NCBI RefSeq assembly: GCF_001194135.2
Contig: NC_068986.1
Location: 84,825,683 to 84,872,899, forward strand
DNA length: 47,217 nt
Reading direction: 5' to 3'
Origin: Octopus bimaculoides
Taxonomy: Eukaryota
In this document: piece by piece, positions 10,741 to 23,699 of the stretch
Position numbering within the stretch: the first letter of the stretch is position 1
Layout: every line of letters starts with the position of its first letter
The notes under the pieces: generated by a model
What the model saw: the letters and a program-made list of their open reading frames with translations, nothing else
Databases searched by the model: none
What the model was told of the DNA's origin: nothing
Made by a program: the position numbers and the translations under genes

Positions 10741-11988
10741 TATGTTTGATTTTACTTTGTATTTGTACGAGTTGACTCCAGGTCTCCCCCAGAGACCTCA
10801 ATAGACAACAACTTAGAAGCTCGCGTTCATGTTATGCCTAGGGTGCCATATCTTTGGTTGTCAACATAGTATTGTTTTAGAGAATGTTTAGGAAAATATA
10901 AGTAAATTGTAAGTTTGTTTTAAAATTCGAGATTACATAGACAGTATTTTACGCAAGATATGGGCAGTCCTCATGAACACTATCTTTTGAATTTCTGCCA
11001 TTTGGGGGTTTCCTGATATCTGAGCTAGGTAGCAATCAGCCTTTTTGCTATAATTCCTAGGGCACCTATGACAACAGGTATGGTTTTAGTCTTGAGGTTC
11101 CACATTTTGCCAATTTCTATTTCAAGATCTTTATACTTGCTCAGTTTTTGGTAGGTCTTGGAACAGTAATATCAATGAAGAGGCATGATTTTTGCCTGAA
11201 CTTTTTCAATATAATGTATGGCCTAAGGCGGCGAGCTGGCAGAATCGTTAAGCACGCCGGGCGAAATGCTTAGCGGTATTTCGTCTGCCGTTACGTTCTG
11301 AGTTCAAATTCCGCCGAGGTCGACTTTGCCTTTCATCCTTTCGGGGTCGATAAATTAAGTACCAGTTACGCACTGGGGTCGATGTAATCGACTTAATCCG
11401 TTCGTCTGTTCTTGTTTGTTCCCTCTATGTTTAGCCCCTTGTAGGCAATAACGAAATAGGTATTTTGTCTGCTGTTACGTTCTGAGTTCAAATTCCACCG
11501 AGGTCGACTTTGCCTTTCATCATTTCAGGGTCGATAAATTAAGTACTAGTTGCGTACTAGGTGCGATTTAATTTCTAGCCTTGTGCCTAGAGTAGAAAAG
11601 AACACAATGTCTGGCCTATTCGCGTCTATCTTTCTGTCAGTTTGAACGGTGGAGTTCCAGAGGAATGAGATGTGTTCATTTTCAAGCACTGTAGGTGGCT
11701 TGTGTTCCCACCAGCTTTTATCATGGGGCAGGTTCAGATTTTTGCAAATTACTCAGTGCTGCTCTATCATTCCTGTTGAGATACTCTGTAGGCGCAAGAA
11801 GACTGCACATGGAGACATGTCAAATGGTTTCATTTTGTTGTTTACATTCACGACATGTTGGGCTATGCCGTTCTTTGATATTTTGGCTTGGTAGGTCCTT
11901 GTAGGTAGGCATTGATCTTGGGCTGCTATGATAACCCTTCTGTTTCTGATTTTAAACCAGAAGATACTAACCATTGAAGAGTAAGTGC
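10741..11988 (-). mobile_element. 5'-truncated RLE-type non-LTR retrotransposon interrupted by a SINE
   Basis: Minus translations IIAAQDQCLPTRTYQAKI, CHS-knuckle region, DANRPDIIL (RLE PD motif), YQKLSKYKDLEIEI; (TAA)n-type tracts at both ends. Confidence 0.82.
11226..11600 (+). mobile_element. SINE A dimer/nested pair with about 13-bp target-site duplication
   Basis: aatgtatggccta (11213-11225) versus aatgtctggccta (11606-11618); second monomer restarts at ggtattttgtctgc. Confidence 0.88.
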
Positions 11989-12003
11989 TTTATTATTATT
12001 ATA

Positions 12004-12062
<59 letters not shown>

Positions 12063-12085
12063 CATTAGTAGTAGTAGTAGTAGTA
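11989..12085. repeat. (TTA)n(TAG)n microsatellite
   Basis: Direct reading. Confidence 0.95.
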
Positions 12086-12086
12086 T

Positions 12087-12590
12087 TTCATGTCTGACTT
12101 TTGCTTTGCATTTGTACAAGCTGGCTCCAAGTCTCAGCCAGAGAACTCAAGAGACAAGTTAGAAGTTCATGTTCGTGTTATGCCTAGAGTGCCATGTATT
12201 TGGTTTTGTACATAGTGTTGTTCCAGAGAATGTTTAAGAAACAATAAGAACATTATGTGGGAATTTTTTAGATTGCATGGACATTATTTTACGTAGGATA
12301 TGGGAAGTTCCCATGAACACTGTCTTTACAATTTCTGCCATTTTGGGAGTTTCCTGGTATCTGAGCTAGGTAGCAATCAGTCCCTTTTGCTATCATTTCT
12401 AGGACACCTATGACAATAGGTATTGTTTTAGTCTTGAGGTTCCACATTTTGCTAATTTTTATTTCAAGGTCTTTATACTTGCTCAGTTTTTGGTAGGTCT
12501 TGACAGATGCGTTTATATCGATTGGGACAGTCATATCAATGAGGAGGCATGATTTTTGTCTGAAATCTTTCAATATAATGTCTGGAAATT
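12087..12590 (-). mobile_element. 5'-truncated RLE-type non-LTR retrotransposon, same subfamily as 10741-11988
   Basis: ORF 12289-12573 QKSCLLIDMTVP...YQKLSKYKDLEIKISKMWNLKT; 3' UTR clearly alignable to 10741-10900. Confidence 0.82.
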
Positions 12591-13339
12591 ATAAGGGATG
12601 TCCTCATTCCACGGATTGCGTTAATCCCATATGACCACCCCTTTGAATTTAAACGGTTCCAGTTCGCAGTGAAACTAAGTTTCGCTATGTCAATAAAGAA
12701 GTCTGAAGGACAGTCTCTCAATGTTGTTGGACTTCACCTTGCTTCTCTCATGGGCAATTATATGTTGGATGTTCGCAGGTTGGAACTCCCCAAAATCTTT
12801 TCATTTATACACCAATTAAAGGACACGCTCAAAACATCATATATTTAGAAGCTCTACATAATTAAACTGTGACTGATTTCCGGATTTATTTCCACACATT
12901 TGTTTATACTCACGTCATCTGATAGAATTTTTGTTAAATGTACTTATTAGCAGGAGGGGAGCGCCCGCAGGCCGGCTCTTCTTCAATTTATGCAGTTTCA
13001 GATATGTGTTTCAAATAAATACTGACAATTGAAGGTGATTGCAAAATCAAAGAATTACCTGTTTTTTTTTTTAACAATTTTAACTGTGAGAATTCGGATA
13101 AAACATGTTATTGACTTTTTTGTACCTCAGCTAATTACTGTTGAGAACTGCATCATCCATGTTTCAGTTTACTTAGAGATTTAAAAGACATACTTAAATT
13201 TCATCATTTTCAATAACCTAGGACACGCCGGGTTATTAAAGTATGAAGTTGGTATCTCAGTTACTAGGAGGTAAGACCTGCGTAGTCTATGTGTCATGTT
13301 AGAGATCTAAAAGGCATTTCTAAATTTCCTTATTTTCTT

Positions 13340-13371
13340 TAACCCAGGAAACGTCGAGTATTTCTGCTAGT
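13340..13371 (+). mobile_element. Possible non-autonomous Helitron 3' end (degenerate hairpin plus CTAG|T)
   Basis: cccaggaaacgtcgagtatttctgCTAGt; a related motif at 13216-13240; no 5' end identified. Confidence 0.4.
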
Positions 13372-13748
13372 AATAATAGAATAGTATAATCTTCATGAAG
13401 CATGTCTGGTATATATATGTATAAATGTTTTCAAATATTTTTTGAAGCTAAAAGAAGTTATAAACAGTTAAACTGTCATCGATGATTAGTATTCGTATCT
13501 TGTATTTCACTATTCAAGAGGTGACAGCGATCAATACCTTTCCTACGTAGATTTTTCTGAAGAAGAGGTCCTAACTTTGGAATAGTTTAAATACCAAATA
13601 GTAGAATTAATACCGACCTAAACTTTTAATGCTTTGTAACTTGCATTGTTTTAGTTTTAATAAATATGATAATATACGTTATTTCATTATTATTATAAAT
13701 TCTCTAAAAATTGTCTTTCTAATAATAATGTTACGTTTTAATCAACAG

Positions 13749-13913
13749 GTGATAACTGTGAAAAAGACTTTGATGGATGCAGCGGTAATCCTTGCCCTGG
13801 GATAGGAAAATGTACAGACTTACATCCAGACGAACACAGAGCCCAAAATACATCTTTCCGGTGTAATTGTCCACAGGGTTACGTTTTGAACAATGCAACA
13901 TTCCGTTGTCTAG
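13749..13913 (+). CDS. Exon 7, EGF-like (GDNCEKDFDGCSGNPC...FRCNCPQGY...FRCL)
   Basis: atcaacag acceptor, G|gtaaca donor, 165 nt, phase 1-1; EGF cysteine spacing. Confidence 0.9.
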
Positions 13914-15894
13914 GTAACATATATCTACTCACAGTATTCTGAAACTAACACCAAACAATATTCAACTCACATCATCTCAATGTATTTTTATTTATTGCAA
14001 AGAAGAGTGTCTTTCGAATTCAAAAAAAATAGTATTTACAAGTGCTTAAACATTAATTAATTAAGCATAAACTGTAATTAATAATTAATAGACAAAATTT
14101 ATAACTGACAAATCTCTCGTACTAACTCAGTTAAGATACCGATACATTTAAAATGCAGTAAAGTAGAAATATGGATACAATAGAAAAAATAATTTTTAAC
14201 ATTAGGTTTTCTCTTACATTTATAAGTTTAAATAGCATTAAGCTCATTTTTTATTTTCAACGTTAGTGAGTCAGTCAAATAGTTGCCAATCATGCATGGG
14301 TCGAAATTGTTATCCAGTGACTCTATCTAATAATACTATCGAATATAACGAGCTAGGATGGGATTGTGTTACATAATAAACTTCAAAAGTATGTAATCCC
14401 GATTCAATCCAGCTATGCTGTACTGAGGACAAGCATCACCTACAACAGCCTCCGATGAGAAAAAGCTGAGTGATTGACACTCAAAAGAAAATATATATTG
14501 TGTTGAAACCCGTGAGAACAAAGCTTTCTGTTTCTGTGTAATGATATTCATCCATTGAACACAAACATAATCTCTGTATTAGCAGCCTGCCTTTAACGGT
14601 ACTCTATTGACAGCGTTTGAACCATGTCTCCGGCGTGACAATAACTCTTTTTCTTCTTCACTTTGCATCTGTTTTCGGAGGCCATGAAAAGAGTTATACA
14701 TATTGTCTTTCTCACCTGACAGATTTAAAATGATAAAATAAAACTAATAAAGATTCACTGACCCATGTTACTTATACTTCAGTCCAATATCTTACAAGTA
14801 TTTCAGCTAGATCTCCAAGCAAAAGGTAGTTTCTTCCTTTCTTCCTGATTTCATGAATAGATAACGGTGTAGGTGTTACCATCTTTGCTCCACCTACGCG
14901 ATCGAAAAATACGCATATTTACTTACAACCATATTCATCATTAGTGTTTATGCACGTGCGCACGCATGCACGCACGCACGCACGTACGTACGCACGCATG
15001 CACGCACGCACACTCACACATACACAAACATACACTTTGTATATGACAGATTCTCCCCGTGTACTTATAAAAGTTTCTATACTATTTGTTGCTGGTTACC
15101 GTATATCATTCCCTACTTGCCGAGATAACAGTATGGGATTGTTGTTTATGCGGTACGTCATGCAACGTAGGATAAATATATTAATAACGAGAAATACATC
15201 ACGAATGGAGATGTTTATACATATGATTCAGCAGGACATGCATATTTATGGGACCACTTCACTATATCCATAAGGTATTATTAAATATTATTTATAATAT
15301 CTATGGTCCGAATGGAAGCCCATTAATTCGACATGCTTCATTCGTCAGACAATTTTTGCATTAATTTTCATCGGATCTTCCTTTTGTTTAGACTTCAGTA
15401 TATTAATCTTTCTACACCAATCAAAAAGCTGTTTGTTTAACAGGCGGTGCCTGTGAATTCTTGCAAACTACAATATAGATGACCATATTAATTTATCTTC
15501 TTCATCCTCTTTTCTTTTACTTTCTCATTCCCAACTTCCATGTCAATCAGCATTAATATGTAAACAAGGAATAAAACTATATGCTCAGATTTCTTCTCGC
15601 TGTCAATTCATCTGCCTACTGATCGGTGTAGAATGATTAATATCTTGAAGTTTATACAACAAGAAAATCCGACGAAAATTAATGCAAAAATTGCCGGAAG
15701 AAGTATGCATTTCGAATTAACGGGCTCCTATAACGTCCATGGATATTCTAAATAATATTTAAGCACGCCCTATAGATATGTTGAGGTGATCCCGTTATAA
15801 TACATGTTTTGCAGAAACATATGTAGCAGTGTATTAATAAAAATATAAAATCTCCATCCGTAAAGTATTTCTTGTTATTACACACACATACCAA

Positions 15895-15929
15895 CACACG
15901 CATACACACACACACGACACACACACACA

Positions 15930-15982
<53 letters not shown>

Positions 15983-16226
15983 NNNNNNNNNNNNNNNNNN
16001 NNNNNNNNNNNNNNNNNNNNNNNNNNNNNNNNNNNNNNNNNNNNNNNNNNNNNNNNNNNNNNNNNNNNNNNNNNNNNNNNNNNNNNNNNNNNNNNNNNNN
16101 NNNNNNNNNNNNNNNNNNNNNNNNNNNNNNNNNNNNNNNNNNNNNNNNNNNNNNNNNNNNNNNNNNNNNNNNNNNNNNNNNNNNNNNNNNNNNNNNNNNN
16201 NNNNNTATATATATATATATATACAT

Positions 16227-16282
<56 letters not shown>

Positions 16283-16290
16283 GTGTACAC
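15895..16290. repeat. (CA)n/(TA)n microsatellite block with assembly gap (representative of many: 17405-18020, 20668-20960, 21075-21535, 27013-28080, 45945-46365)
   Basis: Direct reading; N runs are usually bounded by dinucleotide repeats. Confidence 0.9.
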
Positions 16291-16619
16291 ACATACTCAT
16301 GCATGCACGTACGTAAAATTATACACACACTTATTTTCACCCTTTCAATACAGTAACATAATTGCGATGTACGCGACACAGAACGTGTTGTACTGTTTAT
16401 AGCAACGGTGTGTTCAATCGAGTAGTAGAGATTAATTTTAGTATTTCAATATATAACACACAGATACATACACACACATACATACACACACATACGTATA
16501 TATGTCTGTATATAACTTTTAATTCGAGAAGATGGAATAAAAAGGTTTTATTACAAATCTATCAGCTAATTACTGAATGTTACATATATAATATACATTA
16601 TTGCATTAATATTATTCCG

Positions 16620-16787
16620 CAAATTCGTATGTCTTTACCTTCCGAGTTCAAATTCCTCCGACGTCAACTTCACTTTTCATCCTTTTGGGGTCGATAAATT
16701 AAGTACCAGATGTGCACTATGGTCGATCTAATCGTCTGGTCTCTTACCCCAAAACTTCTTGCCTAGTACGTAGACTAGAAAAGAATA
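16620..16787 (+). mobile_element. SINE A, 5'-degraded
   Basis: gagttcaaattcc...tcatccttttggggtcgataaattaagtaccag...tagactagaaaagaat. Confidence 0.75.
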
Positions 16788-16835
16788 TTATGCTTCAATA
16801 TCTGTATACATGAATGCTTTCAGTTATATAAATAA

Positions 16836-16878
<43 letters not shown>

Positions 16879-17074
16879 CTCACACGTACTAAGGTGAACC
16901 AGAAAGTTGTGTAACTTTTATTCGCATGTGTGTCTTTCAGCGCGTTAAGTTGTGTCCGTCTTTGCGTGCATACGTTTGTGTGAGTGAGCATTTTTATTAA
17001 CACTATTCACCAACCAAGCATCTTTGGACGAACGTTTATTTTCATTGATAATTTTATTTTCTTCTTTCGGTCAG

Positions 17075-17191
17075 ATGAAGATGAATGTCTAAGTAATAAA
17101 TCCTGTGAACACAAGTGTATAAATACCGACGGCGGTTTCAAATGTTCGTGCAACCCTGGTTATCAAATTGTTAATAATGTGAAATGTGAAA
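17075..17191 (+). CDS. Exon 8, calcium-binding EGF (DEDECLSNKSCEHKCINTDGGFKCSCNPGY...CE)
   Basis: tcag acceptor, A|gtaagt donor, 117 nt, phase 1-1; cbEGF consensus. Confidence 0.93.
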
Positions 17192-17269
17192 GTAAGTATC
17201 ACTCCCATGTTTAGTCTTGTTTCTGGAACATTTTCTTTTCTAGACATTTTCCTACATATGTGTTAAGAA

Positions 17270-17395
17270 GCTAGCTTTTCAACTACATAGTTCCAGGTTC
17301 AGTCACACTGCGTGACACTTTGGTCAAGTATCCTCGGTGTCGATCAAAATCTTGCGAGTGGATTTCGTAGGCGGAAACTGAAAGAGGCCCATCGC
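17270..17395 (+). mobile_element. SINE B 5' half, running into microsatellite and gap
   Basis: ccaggttcagtcacactgcgtgacactttggtcaag...ggcggaaactgaaagaggccc. Confidence 0.72.
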
Positions 17396-17412
17396 ACGAA
17401 CACAAGCACACA

Positions 17413-17444
<32 letters not shown>

Positions 17445-18019
17445 NNNNNNNNNNNNNNNNNNNNNNNNNNNNNNNNNNNNNNNNNNNNNNNNNNNNNNNN
17501 NNNNNNNNNNNNNNNNNNNNNNNNNNNNNNNNNNNNNNNNNNNNNNNNNNNNNNNNNNNNNNNNNNNNNNNNNNNNNNNNNNNNNNNNNNNNNNNNNNNN
17601 NNNNNNNNNNNNNNNNNNNNNNNNNNNNNNNNNNNNNNNNNNNNNNNNNNNNNNNNNNNNNNNNNNNNNNNNNNNNNNNNNNNNNNNNNNNNNNNNNNNN
17701 NNNNNNNNNNNNNNNNNNNNNNNNNNNNNNNNNNNNNNNNNNNNNNNNNNNNNNNNNNNNNNNNNNNNNNNNNNNNNNNNNNNNNNNNNNNNNNNNNNNN
17801 NNNNNNNNNNNNNNNNNNNNNNNNNNNNNNNNNNNNNNNNNNNNNNNNNNNNNNNNNNNNNNNNNNNNNNNNNNNNNNNNNNNNNNNNNNNNNNNNNNNN
17901 NNNNNNNNNNNNNNNNNNNNNNNNNNNNNNNNNNNNNNNNNNNNNNNNNNNNNNNNNNNNNNNNNNNNNNNNNNNNNNNNNNNNNNNNNNNNNNNNNNNA
18001 TATATATATATATATATAT

Positions 18020-18473
18020 GCATATATGGATACAGGACGTCAGCAACTGTGTAAACAACATGAAGTACCGAAACAAACGAGTTAAATACGCAAACGTCGA
18101 AAGAATAAAATGGACAACAGGACAAGTAAACAGAGAGAACAACACTTGATCAGTTGTCGGCTGTCTATCTACTCCTCATTTCGAGCATTTAACGACCATA
18201 AGAGTCTGCAGAGTCAGTTGCTCACATAAATTCCGAAATAAAATTTGGGTTTTATGGGGGTTCAGAGTTGGGAATACAAATAGCACAGTGGGGACATACA
18301 AGGAAACCGACCAGAACGAGAGGAAAGTAGTGAACGCTGCGAGAAATATTTTCTTTGAAAAGAGAAACGATAGAAGATAGAGAAAAGAAAAACCTACAGT
18401 CCTTAGAACGTCGTGCCGGAAAAGATGGTCACGAGATAAGAAGAAAGATGGACGCTGGTCACGTGTGAGCAAC

Positions 18474-18520
<47 letters not shown>

Positions 18521-18955
18521 GGGAGAGAGATAGAAAAAGGTGAAGTGGAGAAAAGGGAATAAGAGAAGGATAGGGAAGAAAACAGTTTAGAGTAGACTCG
18601 CATCAAAACGGTTAAGATAAACTTACTTAGAAATGGATACATGGCGTTCAATTAAATAATAATANNNNNNNNNNNNNNNNNNNNNNNNNNNNNNNNNNNN
18701 NNNNNNNNNNNNNNNNNNNNNNNNNNNNNNNNNNNNNNNNNNNNNNNNNNNNNNNNNNNNNNNNNNNNNNNNNNNNNNNNNNNNNNNNNNNNNNNNNNNA
18801 TATATATATATATATATATATATACGTATGTATATATATGCATATATAGGTACAGGACTTCACCAACTGTGTAAGCAACATAAATGTCAAAACAAACGTG
18901 TTAAATATGCAAACAACGAGAGAGCAAGACAAGTAGACACAGAGAATGATATACA
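18020..18955. repeat. Interspersed repeat with a direct duplication of its terminal about 120 bp (18020-18140 and 18840-18955), possibly Penelope-like terminal repeat
   Basis: gcatatatggatacaggacgtcagcaactgtgtaaacaacat versus gcatatataggtacaggacttcaccaactgtgtaagcaacat; the class assignment is a guess. Confidence 0.45.
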
Positions 18956-20059
18956 CACATACACAGATAAATAGATCGATCGATCAATCGATAGAGACTA
19001 GCAATGACACAGAAATCCGCATTTTTTTGGTTAGTTTTCACTATGACTTTGATGGTTTCTTTTCCTCAGAAAATTGTTACATGCCTAACTTCATTTTCCA
19101 GGCCTAGATATCATTTCTCATCAGAATTAGTTTGTCACTAGCCTTAAATTCTTCCTTAAGTATTTCAACAATATGAAAGAACAGAAGTCTTTCTTCTTCA
19201 GCCACGTCGTTATTCTCTATGCCCTTAACTATAATAATATCATTGAAGAACTGCAAATATTCTAAACCACTTACTCCACCCCATGTGACTAAATAAAAAA
19301 TTGAAAAGCATATCAGAACGCAAAGATAAAGAGAAAATACCCAAACTGTACAAAATGAATGCGAGTTTTCAAAACCATCAAACTGTGATAAGGATTTTCT
19401 AAAAGACCTTACTGAAGTATTTATCTATTCATATTTTATTAAAAAAAGAAAAAAAAAACGTATTCGAGAATATGTTTTCTGATATTAATCTAAGAAAACC
19501 AAAATATTAATAATTGATTGAAATACTATGAAACACTTATTAAAAAGAGTACTAGAAGGTATTGAAAACGGATCGGCAATGGAGTTTGATATACCTTTAA
19601 TAATTATTTTAATATATTTGAAGAACTAAAATTGTATGCATCAAGCTGGAATTGTCTGTTGCGTACGGTTTGTTACAGAGATCGTCTGAAAAATTAAATA
19701 TCAAAATAGTTCTTTGACTGTATTTATTTATTTAGTGAAGATTTGTCGACAAAAATACATCGGTAATTCGGTATCACAGGGAAATTAAACTGTCAATATA
19801 TGATATTAAGTGATCCTTAAACCTTTAAATATACTCATGAAAGCCATAAACATCTGTTGAAACAACTAGGCCATTATTAATAAACCAGTAGTACATATAT
19901 GTATTGGAAAAATAGTTTTATAAATTTTGAGACAACGTGAAATATTACTTTTTATGGAATATCTCGAAACACAAACATAAAGCTATCAACAATAGCATGT
20001 AAATAGGTAATTCACAGACAGATTCACAGACAGATTCAACATGATACAATTCATTATGG

Positions 20060-20170
20060 CCAGGTGAGAGAACCGGAGCAACGTGACATAGTTTTACTCA
20101 AAGACAATGAGATGTCGGCAATCGAACTAACGACTTTATGATTGAGAATTAAATAATCTAACCACTAAAT
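20060..20170 (-). mobile_element. SINE family C fragment, degraded
   Basis: ggagcaacgtg...ctcaaagacaa...ggcaatcgaactaacgactt...taaccactaa resembles the copy at 43075-43180. Confidence 0.5.
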
Positions 20171-20426
20171 TTCAGGCTTTTCGTAAGTGTCAACAATATT
20201 GTAATAAAGATTACTAAGGTTTCATAATGCGCAATGAAATGAAATGAAATAATTTATAAAACAGAAATACAACTATCTTTGATCAAATATCAGAGCTATG
20301 ATTACTAAAAATATCCTTTCTTTTCTCTAGGCATCAATGAAAATAGTTAGTTACTAATAATTTAAACCCCAACTAACGTAATTTAAAGTGAATAAATTTA
20401 ATTTTGAGATTTTGCCTCAATTTCAG

Positions 20427-20558
20427 ATATCAATGAATGCAGACTCAACACTCATACATGCAAACAATTGTGTAACGATACAAATGGTAGTTACAAGTGC
20501 AGTTGTTACGAAGGATATATAATACAAAGCAATGGCAGCTGTACAAAGAATATTTCAA
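20427..20558 (+). CDS. Exon 9, calcium-binding EGF plus short extension (NINECRLNTHTCKQLCNDTNGSYKCSC...KNIS)
   Basis: tttcag acceptor, A|gtaaga donor, 132 nt, phase 1-1. Confidence 0.92.
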
Positions 20559-20667
20559 GTAAGATATATTACTGCTACGTGCAATTTTCTCCTAACCTTT
20601 CAATTTAATGATGTTGTTATCAATGGATGCAGGCACCGAAATGTAACAGAAACTAATTACAGTGACG

Positions 20668-20722
<55 letters not shown>

Positions 20723-20891
20723 NNNNNNNNNNNNNNNNNNNNNNNNNNNNNNNNNNNNNNNNNNNNNNNNNNNNNNNNNNNNNNNNNNNNNNNNNNNNNN
20801 NNNGCGTGTGTGTGTATGTGTGTGTGTGTGTGTGTGAGATATGTATGTATGTATGCATGTATGTATGTATGTATGTATGTATGTATGTATG

Positions 20892-20950
<59 letters not shown>

Positions 20951-21493
20951 ATATATATTTATATAAGGGCATTATTACAGAATAATGCCCTTATATAAAT
21001 ATAAACGAATAATTATATTCTTGGGAATAGAAATTTCCCTTATGAATTTTTTTACACACTAGCTTCCTGATAAANNNNNNNNNNNNNNNNNNNNNNNNNN
21101 NNNNNNNNNNNNNNNNNNNNNNNNNNNNNNNNNNNNNNNNNNNNNNNNNNNNNNNNNNNNNNNNNNNNNNNNNNNNNNNNNNNNNNNNNNNNNNNNNNNN
21201 NNNNNNNNNNNNNNNNNNNNNNNNNNNNNNNNNNNNNNNNNNNNNNNNNNNNNNNNNNNNNNNNNNNNNNNNNNNNNNNNNNNNNNNNNNNNNNNNNNNN
21301 NNNNNNNNNNNNNNNNNNNNNNNNNNNNNNNNNNNNNNNNNNNNNNNNNNNNNNNNNNNNNNNNNNNNNNNNNNNNNNNNNNNNNNNNNNNNNNNNNNNN
21401 NNNNNNNNNNNNNNNNNNNNNNNNNNNNNNNNNNNNNNNNNNNNNNNNNNNNNNNNNNNNNNNNNNNNNNNNNNNNNNNNNNNNNNNNNNNNN

Positions 21494-21535
<42 letters not shown>

Positions 21536-22775
21536 CGTATCGCTCTGAAACTATTTTCCTGAGTCACTAACGGTGCACGTAACCTAAATAAATGTCGTTA
21601 TATGTAAAGCATCCTGGTACGTTGTCCAATGCAGATCATAACAATTTTTTGAAGATGATTTGATTATAACTTAAAAAAGATATTACCACGACACCAACCT
21701 ATCATTAAATCTTCCTTAGAATATTTCAGTTCCTTGAAATCAAACTATCCGACAGAATGCTACTGAATAGACAGAATATCTATTTGAATTTTCATAAATA
21801 CTGTTCATGGAACAAATCATATTCCACCAAACCAAAGTCTGAAATAGTTTAGATGTTACCATCACACTAAAATAAAACAGTCACTAGCCTTCTGTGAAGG
21901 TAATGCTGACAATTTTGTTAGACAAATTTCTTGTTGAACCTATGATAAATAAGTCCAGAGGGGTCCGTAGAATTGCACTCTGCAACAATAAATCGTGTTC
22001 CATCCAGACTTTCACGAAACAATAATTTCAAAATGATTTTTTTGGCTAGAAGTGATAGGAAAATTTCTCTGTTCAAGAAAAATGTAAAACCTGGACCCAA
22101 ATTTTCAATAATGCAAGCTATATATACATGAAAGGAAATGTTTTACTTGTTAATGAGTAATAGAACGAATGTCTCAAATCATTTAAACTGAAAGACATAG
22201 AATTTTAAAATGAGGTTCCTAGAAATACAACAAAAATGAAACATTCCAATTAGAAGAGATCAGAAAGAGTACCTACACTGTAGATTTCTCATAAACGGAT
22301 TTTAAAATTTTCTGCATATTTTCGGATTGTCAGCTACGGAATTATACAAAATATGGCCAGTTTTCTAGAAAAATAGCTCACCATTTCCTGTGGACACCAA
22401 ATGTTTGACGGAATACTAAATGAACAGTTTGACGGAATCTGTTGGACACATACAATATATAAGCGAGAGAAATTCTTTGGCTCTACAACATCACACAGTG
22501 AATCATTAGCCATTGATCAAATCGACATAAGAGTGTAAGATGTAATATCGTCCATAGATGAAATGAGTTAAATTCAGCAAATGGCACTGACTGATTCTCA
22601 GTGTAGTTAATGACCTGAATCACCTATGCTTACTTGAACAGATGAGAATTGTTTATTACTTTGGTGTAGTGGTTACTTAGGCCTTCAAACGAGAGATTGC
22701 GTTTATGCACGCATGTGCCTTTACATAGACCATATATGTAAGTAAAGGATTTTTATGGTTTACTTTCTATTGCAG

Positions 22776-22892
22776 GTAACTCTATTTGTTTTAACGAATG
22801 CAATGGAACTGATGGATGTAATGTGGTGAACGGAAAACCTGAGTGTTTTTGTAATATCGGTTACAATTTAACAAATAATTCCTCTTGTGTTG
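22776..22892 (+). CDS. Exon 10, EGF-like (SNSICFNECNGTDGCNVVNGKPECFCNIGY...CV)
   Basis: tgcag acceptor, G|gtaagt donor, 117 nt, phase 1-1. Confidence 0.9.
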
Positions 22893-23158
22893 GTAAGTAA
22901 TATTTACTATAAAAGACGTTGCATTGTATATGTTATATTCCCTTGTTTGTTGTTCAAATCATATTTATTAGCATAATTTCAAAGTATAGATATACTACCA
23001 TGAATTACTGCAGCATTCCACGAAGATATCAATAATTGCAACTATTAATATTTCGTTGTATTTCGGGATCAGAAATATATATATATATATATATGTATTG
23101 AATATTTTCTTTTTCAAATAATCTTTAAATTAAATGTACTATTCACTCTACGATTTAG

Positions 23159-23272
23159 ATATCGATGAATGTCAGAAGGATCCCTGTGAAGGTACATGTA
23201 GGAACCTTAATGGCACATTTGAATGTAGCTGTCCTCCCGGGAAAAAGGTGTTCCAATCAACTAAATGTGTTG
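23159..23272 (+). CDS. Exon 11, calcium-binding EGF (DIDECQKDPCEGTCRNLNGTFECSCPPG...CV)
   Basis: tttag acceptor, G|gtaagt donor, 114 nt, phase 1-1. Confidence 0.93.
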
Positions 23273-23699
23273 GTAAGTGTATTTCTGCTAAAATGATTAC
23301 TTAATGGAATGGATCGACTATACCACAATATACAATATTTATATTAAGTCGAGCTGTTATTTTCGTTGCTTCGTTATTTATATGCCAATATGTTCCAATC
23401 TTTCGCATCTTTCATTATATTCTTTCTATAATATTTCTGCTACGCGTTTAATGTTTTATGATTACTGCTCTTTATGCAATTTAACCTAGTGGGTGTCTAT
23501 GCATATGTTCTTGATATTTTTGCTATTAAAAAATTGTTTGCCTAAAAAAAAAAATGAAATCAAGCATTTCTTTAAATTTAACTTCATTTAGTAGTCTAGA
23601 ATTATTCTATAAATTATGAATTTATGAGGGTAATATTTCATATATATTTTATTATACTTTTATATGTGTTATATATATTTGTTATGCTTTTGTCGGTAG

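Noticed and set aside
11223-11600. Repeated 30-40 nt motif (gtcgactttgcctttcatcctttcggggtcgata) as a CRISPR-like repeat
   Set aside because: It is the dispersed SINE core, with no regular repeat-spacer array, in a eukaryotic context
14360-14640. Possible CR1/L2 RT C-terminal remnant
   Set aside because: Only a faint motif resemblance; cannot be supported by eye
18150-18230. Minus-strand CTGATCA and GAAAT motifs as a hammerhead
   Set aside because: Core bases are wrong and no consistent stems could be drawn
22771-22781. AG|GTAAC at the exon 10 acceptor as a recursive or zero-length splice site
   Set aside because: Fully explained by the split Ser codon (A|GT) and AAC of an in-frame EGF exon
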